The notes: generated from the letters alone by a model not told the origin. Counted from the first letter of the stretch, positions 25,546 to 35,105 are shown. The stretch: 64,000 bases of DNA from Promethearchaeota archaeon (GCA_016839705.1 JAEOTR010000032.1:17731-81730), one strand, 5' to 3'. Numbers and translations: made by a program.

Positions 25546-26526
25546 TTAAAGATTTTTTATTGGTTTAAACTTCGTGAAAGCTGTTTCACACCCCCAACAA
25601 GCATTTTCTATCTCAGATAAAGCTTTATAACAATTCAGACAATACCAAGCTTGACATTTCGGACAAACGTATGTAAAACCAGAAATTTTATTTTTACACA
25701 CTAAACAATATCCTTTTTCTTTACTATATTTAACATCTTCTACACTAAATTTTAGAGGTTTAGTAAAGGTTTTTAAAGTATCTTGGAGTTCTTCTTCTTT
25801 AATAACACGTTCTCCACTTTTAACATAAAAATAAATTATATAACTAATAATTAAAATCAGCATAGAAAGTGCTATCCCGATTATAATTAAAAAAATACTT
25901 GCTAATTGAAGATTTAAGAGCAGTATTGTGGTTATAAATATTACAAGTAAACATATTACTATTACAATAAACAGTTTAACAATTTTTTTAGAAAATAATT
26001 CAAAATGACCTATTAATGGAGATGTTACGATTGAAATACCCATTATCATAAATACTGGACTTAAGGCAGGGGTAAATAATTTTGAATTTTTTACTATTAT
26101 TGAATCAAAGCCCCAACCAATTAAAAATGTAGCAAATCCAACGGTTATGGCTGAGGAAATAGCTTGAAACTCACGTGTTGATTTGAAAGAAGACCAAGTG
26201 AACAGGATTATTACAATTGTGGCAATAACAAAAATATAGTTATATAGATATAAGTAGAAGTATAAAAAAAGATAATTTATAACGTCATAAGTTAGAATAA
26301 TAACATATAAATCTCCTATATAAGTTCCTTCTAAAATATAATCACTAATAAAAAAGAATAATCGTGTTAAAGCAATAAAAAACCAAAAAGCTCCAAACCC
26401 AACCATAAGGATTTTTTCATTCTTATCATGTTTTTTAAATCCTTTAGAGAAGTAAAAAAGCCCACAGAAAAATATTATAAAAATTGCCATACTTGACAAA
26501 AAGCGCTCTAAAGGATCGAAAATCAT
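25546..26526 (-). CDS. Polytopic membrane protein with C-terminal C4C4 RING-like/double zinc-knuckle domain
   Basis: 326 aa with about 7-8 TM helices, then the cytosolic CLVC-x10-CPKC-x4-CLNC-x10-CWGC (nt 25588-25707). Confidence 0.7.
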   Translation of the reverse strand: MIFDPLERFLSSMAIFIIFFCGLFYFSKGFKKHDKNEKILMVGFGAFWFFIALTRLFFFISDYILEGTYIGDLYVIILTYDVINYLFLYFYLYLYNYIFVIATIVIILFTWSSFKSTREFQAISSAITVGFATFLIGWGFDSIIVKNSKLFTPALSPVFMIMGISIVTSPLIGHFELFSKKIVKLFIVIVICLLVIFITTILLLNLQLASIFLIIIGIALSMLILIISYIIYFYVKSGERVIKEEELQDTLKTFTKPLKFSVEDVKYSKEKGYCLVCKNKISGFTYVCPKCQAWYCLNCYKALSEIENACWGCETAFTKFKPIKNL

Positions 26527-26706
26527 AACTTATACTAAATGGAATTAATCAATACATATCTAATAAGAAATTTCAGTATTAATAAATTTTGATGTTCTCG
26601 AACATTAGAATTAGAGTTTTTATCGCACCTTAGTTAGTATATAATTTAAATATTAAACTTTCTGTTTAAATACTTAAAGTAGCTATTATTACTTCAAATC
26701 TTTTAA

Positions 26707-27690
26707 ATGGAGAAAAAATTCAAAACTTTATTTTTTATATATCTAATCTTTGTATTTTCAATAGTAACTATTCCGAGTATCATCATTTTTGCGGAATTTG
26801 CAAGTTTTAATAGGATTGATGAATCTCTTACATATAAATATTCATCTAACACCCCACCACTTGAAAAAGAACTGAATATAATTACTGATATCGGTATAAT
26901 CGATATAAAATATGTTTCTCCCTCAGTAGATTATCTTGTTAAAATAGATGTAGATATTGAAATGGCAGGTCCTAACTTAGGAAGTAAATCATACTTGGAT
27001 TTTTATAGAATAGGGTGGGAAAACTTAACATCTCCATTAAATTTTACATTTGCATTAATTCCTGAGATGTTCGAAGATTTTTCAAGCTTACACATTACAA
27101 ATACTCATATTAATATTCAGCTACGAGCAGATATTGTTTTTAGCATAAATGCTTCTGTAAGTGAAGGGACTGTAAAACTTTCTGCTCTAGGAATTACTGT
27201 TAATGATTTATTCTTAAATGTGATTAATGGTGATATAATTTATGATTTAACTAATTGTAAAGTTGAAGGTAATATATCTGGAACTGTTACTAATGGGAAT
27301 ATTACATTAAAAACTCATAATAATCAATATAATCATAATAGTCTTTTGACTATTAAAAATGACGTTGGATATATTCTTTTTGATATTACCCAATTTGAAG
27401 AAATGGGAGCCAATGTTACAGGAACGGGAATAACAAAAACGGGAAATATCTCAATAATCTATAAAGATTTTTCATCTAATATTGGAGCTCGATTTGTATT
27501 ATATAATAAAACCACTCACGGTCTTGAAGGACAAAATTCATGGATAGGATTCGAAAGGGATCTTTTACCATTAAGTGCAGGACAATATTATAATTCCACA
27601 GATTTTCCTTCTCAAAATAATTATATTTTCTCTCTATTTAAATGGGATAGCGGTGATTATCTGTGGAATCTTTATAGCATCCCAACTTAA
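26707..27690 (+). CDS. N-terminally anchored DUF4097-like beta-helical (putative adhesin) protein
   Basis: TM anchor LFFIYLIFVFSIVTIPSIIIFA, with repetitive G(T/N)I turns (EGTVKLS, NGDIIYD, EGNISGTVTNGNITL). Paralog of 38680-39771. Confidence 0.6.
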   Translation: MEKKFKTLFFIYLIFVFSIVTIPSIIIFAEFASFNRIDESLTYKYSSNTPPLEKELNIITDIGIIDIKYVSPSVDYLVKIDVDIEMAGPNLGSKSYLDFYRIGWENLTSPLNFTFALIPEMFEDFSSLHITNTHINIQLRADIVFSINASVSEGTVKLSALGITVNDLFLNVINGDIIYDLTNCKVEGNISGTVTNGNITLKTHNNQYNHNSLLTIKNDVGYILFDITQFEEMGANVTGTGITKTGNISIIYKDFSSNIGARFVLYNKTTHGLEGQNSWIGFERDLLPLSAGQYYNSTDFPSQNNYIFSLFKWDSGDYLWNLYSIPT

Positions 27691-27692
27691 CA

Positions 27693-29441
27693 TTACTTGG
27701 CTAGATAAGCAAATTTTAAAATTACTTTTAAAGGAGCACCATCAATTGGAATCCCTTTTACATCTGAATCCCAAATTTCATAGTTTATAGGAAAAGTCAG
27801 CCAAACAACTGGATTAAGCTGCATAAGATGCTGCTGAATATCAAAGTATAATTGTTCTCTAGCAAATTCATCAAATTCTTGAAGAGCATCTTCCATCCAT
27901 AGTTGTACTTGTGTATCATTGAAATTTATATAGTTACCTACTCCATCAAAGTTACTTGAATATAATGGGTTAATAATATCGACAGGATCTATATAACTAA
28001 CTCCCCAACTCAGAGTAACAATATCGAAGTCACCTGTATTTAATTTATACTCTAATTCTAATGATCCTATTGAATCAAGATTTATTTTTAATCCAATTTG
28101 TTTAAGATTTTCGATTGTGAGATTGGCTGCTAATTCAAAAAATGGGTTACTACTTGAAAAATTATAAACTTCAAGAGGTGAGGGGCTATTTGCCAATGTC
28201 TCCCATTCATTTCCAGCTGATATATTATCGTTTGCTGTTAAACCACTTGTACCAGGCCAACTTACATTTATTAAGATTTGTCTTGCTCTCGTAATATTAT
28301 AATATGGTACATCAAAATCTTCCCAATTAGAATATCGAACCTTTTTTGAAAGAGGAGATTTTGCTCTCTCAGCATGCCCGTTCCATACTTCATTAAGATA
28401 ACGATTATAATCAAAAGCATATGAGATTGCCTTTCTCATTGTTACATTTATAATATTGTTATTCATTCCAAGATACCAGAAACCAAGGACTTTTTTTGGT
28501 ACTACTGTAGTTCCGCGATTTGTTTTGAAAATATCGAGTGTTTCATTATCACGATACCACATGATATATGAAAGCTCTCCGGAGAGTATTCTTTCCTTTC
28601 TTTCTGTAGAACTTAAATATAGGAAAACTAGTTTGTTAATTGATGGTATTCCACCCCAATAATCTGGATTAGCATGCATATATGTTTCCAAACTATAACC
28701 CCTATAATCTACCTGACATGAATCGAAAATGTAAGGACCTGTTCCAACTAATCTTCCAGTTCTAATATCAATGAATTCATCTTCTGGAGTTAAAGTTGGC
28801 GAAAGTATATAAGAGTTCCAAAGAGATAATAGATCCCTTATAGGAACATAAGGTTGATTTAACACAAACCTTACAGTATATTCGTTTAATACTTCTGTAT
28901 GGTTTATAATTGGCTTACCTTCTGAATTTAGATAAGTATAATCCCAAGCCCATATATCAGATTCAGGCATTATGCAAATAAATCTATATATTCGATCAAA
29001 ATTCCATTTAACAGCTGCAGCGTTAAATGGTGTTCCATCATGAAAACTTATATTTGTTCTGAGTGAACAAGTAAAATTTAGGTGGTCAGGGCTCCAAGTT
29101 CCATTTAACGCAAGATTAGGAACAATGGGTGTATTGGTTTGGTTTTGGTCATAAGCAAATAAACCTTCGGCAATTTGATCAATTATTATTAGATTTACAT
29201 ATTTTGGAACTGGATTTTTAAGTGGATCGATTGAATCGGGAGCATCATTCAAACCACACTTGAATATAGGCTCTGATATTTCTTGTAATTCAAAAAAAAA
29301 GTAAAATCCACTAAAAACTGCAGCAACTGTTATAATACTCGTAGTTCCTAAGCCAATTTTTTGTCTTTTATTTAGAGTTTTAAATTTTTTTTTTTTCCTT
29401 TTTGTGATTAATTTCCTTTTCTGCCATAAGGGAATCCACAA
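27693..29441 (-). CDS. ABC-transporter family-5 substrate-binding protein (Opp/Dpp-like), membrane-anchored, no adjacent permease
   Basis: 582 aa. N-terminal basic region plus a TM helix. Family-5 SBP-like core (e.g. PNLALNGTWSPD..FTCSLRTNISFHDGTPFNAAAVKWNFDR, GTGPYIFDS). Confidence 0.7.
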   Translation of the reverse strand: MWIPLWQKRKLITKRKKKKFKTLNKRQKIGLGTTSIITVAAVFSGFYFFFELQEISEPIFKCGLNDAPDSIDPLKNPVPKYVNLIIIDQIAEGLFAYDQNQTNTPIVPNLALNGTWSPDHLNFTCSLRTNISFHDGTPFNAAAVKWNFDRIYRFICIMPESDIWAWDYTYLNSEGKPIINHTEVLNEYTVRFVLNQPYVPIRDLLSLWNSYILSPTLTPEDEFIDIRTGRLVGTGPYIFDSCQVDYRGYSLETYMHANPDYWGGIPSINKLVFLYLSSTERKERILSGELSYIMWYRDNETLDIFKTNRGTTVVPKKVLGFWYLGMNNNIINVTMRKAISYAFDYNRYLNEVWNGHAERAKSPLSKKVRYSNWEDFDVPYYNITRARQILINVSWPGTSGLTANDNISAGNEWETLANSPSPLEVYNFSSSNPFFELAANLTIENLKQIGLKINLDSIGSLELEYKLNTGDFDIVTLSWGVSYIDPVDIINPLYSSNFDGVGNYINFNDTQVQLWMEDALQEFDEFAREQLYFDIQQHLMQLNPVVWLTFPINYEIWDSDVKGIPIDGAPLKVILKFAYLAK

Positions 29442-29676
29442 TATTATTTTTACTTTTTTTGGTTTTTACCCTAAATTTAGGATTTTTAAATTAATATTTA
29501 CCTATTATGTAAAATAAAATTAGATTGACATATTTATAATAATTACTACTTTTTTGTATATTTCCTTATCTTAAGGTTTTTCTGAGTGGTAAAGCTTTTA
29601 AGGTTCAAAGCTTTATGTCAATTTCATTATTAAGGCTTTCCTACAATATGATAAGATAATGGGTGAAGTTTCTATT

Positions 29677-30384
29677 TTATTTCAGCACAAAATACATTCT
29701 TCTGTTATTCTTACCTTTATTTACGGTTTTAGTCAACTCAATTGTACCGATTTCCTTTAGATTGTTGACATGAGTTCCCCCATCTACTTGAATATCGACA
29801 TCCCCTATTTTTACAATGCGAAATTCTTTAATATTCTCTGGTAAACCTACAGCTAAACGGGCTAATTCTGGTTTTCCTAAAACATCTTGTCGGGACATAT
29901 ATTCTATAGTAATAAGTAAATCTTGTTGGATAATCGAATTTGCTTCATCAACATAAGCTTGTAATTTTTCAGGGGAGTAATCTATCATTGAAAAATCCAT
30001 TCGGGTTTTATCCATTTCTATTTGGTTTCCAGTAATTTTCGCATTAGCTCTATTGTACAGAATGTTAGAAATTAGATGGGAAGCAGTGTGATATCGCATA
30101 AAGGTATATCTTCGTTCCCAGTCTAGTTCACATGAAACAATATCTCCAACTTTTAGCCCTGATATTTCTACCTCATGACTGATTTCCCCTGAGAATTTAC
30201 CGACATAAACAACTCTAAATTTCTCATTATTCTTAATTATATACCCCTCATCCCAGGGTTGGCCACCACCTTTAGGATAGAATGCAGTGTTATCAAGAGT
30301 AATATACTTTTCATCTTTGACGCTTGAAACTTTAGCATTCCACCTCTTAAGATAGGAGTCATCCATATATAATGCTCTTGCCAT
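29677..30384 (-). CDS. alaX: Alanyl-tRNA editing protein AlaX (AlaX-M type)
   Basis: 235 aa. MRYHTASHLI (HxxxH Zn motif) and VDGGTHV (second Zn motif region) in the typical AlaX-M length. Confidence 0.8.
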   Translation of the reverse strand: MARALYMDDSYLKRWNAKVSSVKDEKYITLDNTAFYPKGGGQPWDEGYIIKNNEKFRVVYVGKFSGEISHEVEISGLKVGDIVSCELDWERRYTFMRYHTASHLISNILYNRANAKITGNQIEMDKTRMDFSMIDYSPEKLQAYVDEANSIIQQDLLITIEYMSRQDVLGKPELARLAVGLPENIKEFRIVKIGDVDIQVDGGTHVNNLKEIGTIELTKTVNKGKNNRRMYFVLK

Positions 30385-30422
30385 AAAAAGAAGAAAAGTA
30401 AGTAAACTTAAATTTTTAACTT

Positions 30423-30581
30423 TTAGTCATTCTCATGAATTTCTGACGGCTTCACTCCATCAAACAATTCTAGTTTTAAGAATCTCTTTTCTTTATTACA
30501 ATTGGGGCAGAAGTAAATACCTGGTTCTCTATTCCTAAAACTATAACCACAGTCCTTACAAACAGCGTAAAACAAAGACAT
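30423..30581 (-). CDS. Small zinc-ribbon protein (52 aa), tandem paralog 1
   Basis: Manual translation: MSLFYAVCKDCGYSFRNREPGIYFCPNCNKEKRFLKLELFDGVKPSEIHEND. ATG start. Below the ORF-track length cutoff. Confidence 0.6.
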   Translation of the reverse strand: MSLFYAVCKDCGYSFRNREPGIYFCPNCNKEKRFLKLELFDGVKPSEIHEND

Positions 30582-30608
30582 ATAGTAAAAATAAATAAGG
30601 GTAACTAT

Positions 30609-30761
30609 TTAATTTACCTCATGAAGCTCATTTGGTTTTGCACCACAATATGCTTCGAATTTAAAAAATTTCATTTCTTTAGAACAATTGGGGCAGAAAT
30701 ATTTACCGGGGTCCTTATTTTCAAAAGAATATCCACATTCCTTGCAAACTATTGCTTTCAT
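30609..30761 (-). CDS. Small zinc-ribbon protein (50 aa), tandem paralog 2
   Basis: Manual translation: MKAIVCKECGYSFENKDPGKYFCPNCSKEMKFFKFEAYCGAKPNELHEVN. Shares C(K)xCGYSF.N..PG.YFCPNC.KE..F.K.E....KP.E.HE with its neighbour. Confidence 0.6.
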   Translation of the reverse strand: MKAIVCKECGYSFENKDPGKYFCPNCSKEMKFFKFEAYCGAKPNELHEVN

Positions 30762-30952
30762 AGTTAAATATTCTAAATAGAGTTTTAATAGGTTCTTTTT
30801 ATGAAATAGAAAGAAATTAGATAGGAATTATAGATTCGATAAGTTTTTTGAAATGAAAATGAATAAATTAAAAATATTTTATAATTAATTTATATCTGAT
30901 TAAAGATATTACTAATAAATACAATCTTAACACATTATACCAAGTGATTTTG

Positions 30953-31990
30953 ATGAAAACTGTAGAATTAGCAGGCACCAAATTTGAAGCTAGGAATGGC
31001 TTTCTTGATTTGGGTCTTTTAGAAATCAAAGATATCGATGAGATCATAGGTTTAGACAAACTTAAAGATTTAACACATCTTGAACTTAGTTCTAATGAAA
31101 TCATTGTTATAAAAAGATTAGACAATTTAATTGATTTAAAAATTTTAAATTTAGGAAGTAATAAGATAATTGAAATAGAAGGCTTAGAAAATTTACAGAA
31201 TCTTGAAGTTTTACATTTAATAAGTAACAAAATAAGAAAAATAAAAGGGCTTGAGAATTTAACCAATCTGAAAGAGCTTTATCTTCGGGGAAATCAAATT
31301 GAAAAATTAGAAGGCTTAGAAAATTTAACATCTCTTCAAAGATTAGATTTATCATGGAATAATATCTCTAAAGTAGAAGGACTTGATAACTTGAGAAACC
31401 TTGAGGTTTTATGGGTTGCTGGAAATCAATTAAAAAAAATCGAAAATTTGGAAAATCAGACAAATTTAGAGATATTAAACATTGCGGGGAATCAAATATC
31501 ACATATCCAAGGGTTAAAAAATATAAAGAAATTAAAAAGTCTTTATCTAAATAATAATTCAATCGAAAAAATAGAAAATCTTGAATCATTAGAACAACTT
31601 GAAACTTTATGGTTAAATTCCAATCAGATCTCAGAAATTAAGGGATTAGATGGGTGTAAGGAATTAAAAATATTGAATTTAAAACAAAATAAGATTAGTC
31701 ATATTAGAGGTTTATACTCATTAACTCAATTAGAAAATCTTTTCCTATCAGAAAATAATATTGGTGAAATTAAAGGAATTGAACCTTTAACAAAACTAGA
31801 AACGCTTGATTTGGGTCAAAATCGAATAATTCAAGTTAAAGGTTTAGAGTCTCTAATGAATTTAAAGGATTTATGGTTAGCGGATAATTTAATTCCACAA
31901 AAAATAATAGAACAATTGGGTGGTTTAGATTCAGGTGGTTGCGCAAATGATCCTTTACAATTTGTTCAATACTGTCTTATTAATCTTTAG
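30953..31990 (+). CDS. Leucine-rich repeat protein, 13 x 22-residue SDS22-like repeats
   Basis: Repeats of L(E/D)NLxNLxxLxLxxNxIxxIxG, e.g. LENLQNLEVLHLISNKIRKIKG and LENLTNLKELYLRGNQIEKLEG. GTG 30944 is an alternative start. Confidence 0.85.
   Translation: MKTVELAGTKFEARNGFLDLGLLEIKDIDEIIGLDKLKDLTHLELSSNEIIVIKRLDNLIDLKILNLGSNKIIEIEGLENLQNLEVLHLISNKIRKIKGLENLTNLKELYLRGNQIEKLEGLENLTSLQRLDLSWNNISKVEGLDNLRNLEVLWVAGNQLKKIENLENQTNLEILNIAGNQISHIQGLKNIKKLKSLYLNNNSIEKIENLESLEQLETLWLNSNQISEIKGLDGCKELKILNLKQNKISHIRGLYSLTQLENLFLSENNIGEIKGIEPLTKLETLDLGQNRIIQVKGLESLMNLKDLWLADNLIPQKIIEQLGGLDSGGCANDPLQFVQYCLINL
31052..31909 (+). repeat. 66-bp periodic coding repeat (LRR units)
   Basis: 13 consecutive 22-codon units inside the LRR CDS. 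They are diverged at the nucleotide level. Confidence 0.8.
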
Positions 31991-32130
31991 AGATTTAAAA
32001 AAAATATTATGGTAATATCATTTGAACCTAAGTCATATTTAAGTATGGTTTGTCTTTACATAGATAAAATATATTTGATAAATTGTATTAATTAGATTAT
32101 ATTGGAATTAACATATTAGAGTTTAAGTAA

Positions 32131-33384
32131 ATGTTAGATATTAACCCTTTTGAAAGTGCGAAAAAAAAACTCGATATCGCTGCGGAAGTAATTGGTTTAG
32201 ATGCAAATACTGTGAAATATCTAAAGAAAGTAGAACGTAGTTTAATAGTTTCTATACCTGTAATTATGGATGATGGTTCTCTCCAAATTTTTGAGGGTTA
32301 CAGAGTTCACCATTCTACCTTGCGTGGACCAGCTAAAGGTGGGTTAAGATATTCCCCAGATGTAACTCTTGATGAAATTAAAGCATTAGCTTTTTTGATG
32401 ACTTTCAAAACGAGTTTACTAGAATTACCTTTAGGCGGTTCAAAAGGCGGAGTTCGCGTTGAGAAAAAGAATTTATCTATAAATGAATTAAGAAAACTCA
32501 CAAGAAGATATACTTCAGAAATATTAAACATGATTGGCCCTGATATTGATATCCTCGCACCAGATTTGAATACTGGAGAACAGGAAATGGCCTGGATTAT
32601 GGATACGTATTCCATGAATAAAGGCAGATCTTGTCCAGGTGTAGTCACAGGAAAACCCATTGACATTGGTGGAACAGTTGGACGCACCGATGCACCTGGA
32701 ACGGGAATGTTTTATATTCTTGAAGCTTTATGTGAAATAGAGAATTTCAGCATATCCTCTAGTAAAGTCGCTATTCAAGGTTTCGGAAAAGTCGGGAGTA
32801 TAGTTGCTCAGATTTTAAGTAGTGTTGGATGTAAAATAATTGCTGTTACAGATTCTAAAGGTGGAATTTATTCTGATAAAGGTTTAAATATTAATAAGCT
32901 AATCAGTTGGAAGCAAAAAGGTAACTTTCTAAGCGATTATAATGAAAGTGATATAAAAATCATATCTAATGAAGAGTTATTATCTACAGAATGTGATATA
33001 CTCATTCCCGCAGCTATAGAGAATCAAATTTATAGCGGGAATGCAGATAATGTTAACTGTAAAATAATACTGGAGGGAGCAAATAGCCCTACAACTTCTC
33101 AAGCGGACGAAATCCTGAATGAAAAAAGAATCATTGTGATCCCAGATATTCTTGCTAACGCAGGTGGTTTGTGTGTATCTTATTTTGAATATATTCAAGA
33201 TATACATTCATACTTTTGGGACCTTGAAAGAGTGAATAGGGAGATGAAACGAATTTTACTTAGAGCTTTCGAATTTGTTCTAAATTTATCACAAGAGAAA
33301 GAAATAACATATAGAACAGCGGCTTATGCTATAGGGGCAGAAAGATTAGGAAGAGCACATGAGTTAAGAGGGCTATTCCCATGA
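32131..33384 (+). CDS. gdhA: Glutamate dehydrogenase (Glu/Leu/Phe/Val dehydrogenase family), copy 1
   Basis: RGPAKGGLRY, LPLGGSKGGV (catalytic Lys loop), GVVTGKP, AIQGFGKVG Rossmann motif, ANAGGL. Confidence 0.9.
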   Translation: MLDINPFESAKKKLDIAAEVIGLDANTVKYLKKVERSLIVSIPVIMDDGSLQIFEGYRVHHSTLRGPAKGGLRYSPDVTLDEIKALAFLMTFKTSLLELPLGGSKGGVRVEKKNLSINELRKLTRRYTSEILNMIGPDIDILAPDLNTGEQEMAWIMDTYSMNKGRSCPGVVTGKPIDIGGTVGRTDAPGTGMFYILEALCEIENFSISSSKVAIQGFGKVGSIVAQILSSVGCKIIAVTDSKGGIYSDKGLNINKLISWKQKGNFLSDYNESDIKIISNEELLSTECDILIPAAIENQIYSGNADNVNCKIILEGANSPTTSQADEILNEKRIIVIPDILANAGGLCVSYFEYIQDIHSYFWDLERVNREMKRILLRAFEFVLNLSQEKEITYRTAAYAIGAERLGRAHELRGLFP

Positions 33385-33414
33385 TTAAAAAAAATATAAA
33401 TTAAGTGAAAAAGT

Positions 33415-34665
33415 TTGGAATTAAATCCGTATGAAGTAGCGAAAGAACAAATTGATATAGTTGCAAAAGAAATGGGATTAGATCCCAATGTGACAAGATA
33501 TCTCAAGAGAATTGAGAGAGCCCTAATCGTATCTATCCCAATAATGATGGATGACGGCTCACTTCAGATTTTTGAAGGTTACCGCGTTCATCATTCGACT
33601 GTTCGAGGTCCAGGAAAAGGAGGTATAAGATTTGCCCCAAATGTAAATCTTGATGAAGTAAAAGCTTTGGCAACTTGGATGACTTGGAAATGTAGCCTAC
33701 TAAAACTACCATTAGGGGGTGCTAAAGGAGGAATTTGTGTGAATCCAAGAGAGTTATCAAAAAAAGAATTGGAAAAACTTACTAGGAGATATGCTACAGC
33801 GATTATTAATTTTATTGGCCCTGACATCGATGTCCCAGCTCCAGATGTAAACACAAATGCACAAATAATGGCCTGGATCATGGATACCTATAGTATGAAC
33901 AAAGGAATGGCTGTACCCGGAGTTGTTACTGGAAAGCCAATTGAAATTGGTGGATCAGTCGGTAGAAATTCTGCAACTGGGATGGGTTTGTACTTTGTTA
34001 TCGATGCAATGTGTGAAAAATTAGAAATGAAATTAGAAACGCAAAAAATTATTGTCCAAGGATTTGGTAATGTAGGGGGTTGGATTGCCAAGTTATTATA
34101 CGATCGTGGTTGTAAAATTTTGGCAGTTTCGGATATTTCTGGTGGACTTTATTATTCTGAAGGCTTGGAAATTGAAAAATTGCTTGAGTGGACACGCCAA
34201 GGAAACTATTTAAAAGACTATAATGATAAGCGTTATAAGCTAATAACAAATGAGGAATTACTTACAACCGGATGCGATATATTAATCCCAGCGGCTCTTG
34301 AAAATCAAATAACCAAAGATAATGTAAATGATATTAAATGTAAAATCGTACTAGAAGGGGCAAATGGACCTACAAGTCCTGAAGCAGATCAAATATTGTT
34401 TAAAAAAGGAATACATGTTATTCCAGATATTCTTGCTAATGCTGGTGGTGTCTGTGTTTCATATTTTGAGTACGTTCAAGATATTCACGCTTATTTTTGG
34501 GATTTAGATCGAATAAATAAAGAATTAAAAAGGATTCTTATTGAAGCTTTTGAGGATGTGTATGAAATTTATAAGGAAAGAGCTATTCCACTTCGCACAG
34601 CAGCTTATATAATCGCTGTATCTCGAATTGCAAAGGCCTTTGATTTAAGAGGGATTTTTCCATAA
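33415..34665 (+). CDS. gdhA: Glutamate dehydrogenase, copy 2 (tandem paralog)
   Basis: RGPGKGGIRF, LPLGGAKGGI, GVVTGKP, VQGFGNVG, ANAGGV. Collinear with copy 1 over the full length. TTG start. Confidence 0.9.
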   Translation: MELNPYEVAKEQIDIVAKEMGLDPNVTRYLKRIERALIVSIPIMMDDGSLQIFEGYRVHHSTVRGPGKGGIRFAPNVNLDEVKALATWMTWKCSLLKLPLGGAKGGICVNPRELSKKELEKLTRRYATAIINFIGPDIDVPAPDVNTNAQIMAWIMDTYSMNKGMAVPGVVTGKPIEIGGSVGRNSATGMGLYFVIDAMCEKLEMKLETQKIIVQGFGNVGGWIAKLLYDRGCKILAVSDISGGLYYSEGLEIEKLLEWTRQGNYLKDYNDKRYKLITNEELLTTGCDILIPAALENQITKDNVNDIKCKIVLEGANGPTSPEADQILFKKGIHVIPDILANAGGVCVSYFEYVQDIHAYFWDLDRINKELKRILIEAFEDVYEIYKERAIPLRTAAYIIAVSRIAKAFDLRGIFP

Positions 34666-34697
34666 ATTTTTCAATTTTGTAATATTGTTAGTTTATT

Positions 34698-35105
34698 TTG
34701 AATAGCAATTCAGATGAGGAAGGTTTATTTCGTAAAGTAGATTGTATTCGTGTTCCTCTACCAAGTATACAAGAAGGATTAAAATTTTATAGAGAATTGC
34801 TTGGACACCAATTAATTTGGCGAACTGATTCTGCTGTTGGATTGAATATTCCAGAAAGTGAAGCAGAATTGGTAATCCATGTAGAAACAGATGAATCCGA
34901 GACAGATATAAAGGTAAATTCTGTAGAAATCGCAGCTTTACGTTTTAAAAAGGCTGGGGGATCAATCTTAAAAGATCCATTCGATATTCCAATAGGGAAG
35001 TGCTGTGTAGTCATGGATCCATGGAGTAATAAGTTTGTGTTATTAGATTCATCGAAAGGTGTTTTCGTTACTGATTCAAATAGAAATATATTAGGTTTGA
35101 AATAA
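34698..35105 (+). CDS. Glyoxalase/bleomycin-resistance (VOC) family protein
   Basis: 135 aa. VDCIRVPLPSIQEGLKFYRELLGHQLIW...ELVIHVE...DPWSNKFVLLD. Confidence 0.65.
   Translation: MNSNSDEEGLFRKVDCIRVPLPSIQEGLKFYRELLGHQLIWRTDSAVGLNIPESEAELVIHVETDESETDIKVNSVEIAALRFKKAGGSILKDPFDIPIGKCCVVMDPWSNKFVLLDSSKGVFVTDSNRNILGLK

Noticed and set aside
30868-31589. Minus-strand ORFs 30868-31266, 31107-31355 and 31368-31589.
   Set aside because: They are antisense to the LRR gene. The repetitive sense sequence generates open antisense frames.
31052-31909. Regular 66-bp periodicity, considered as a CRISPR-like or satellite array.
   Set aside because: The periodicity lies within one long ORF and encodes canonical LRR units. 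There is no repeat-spacer structure.
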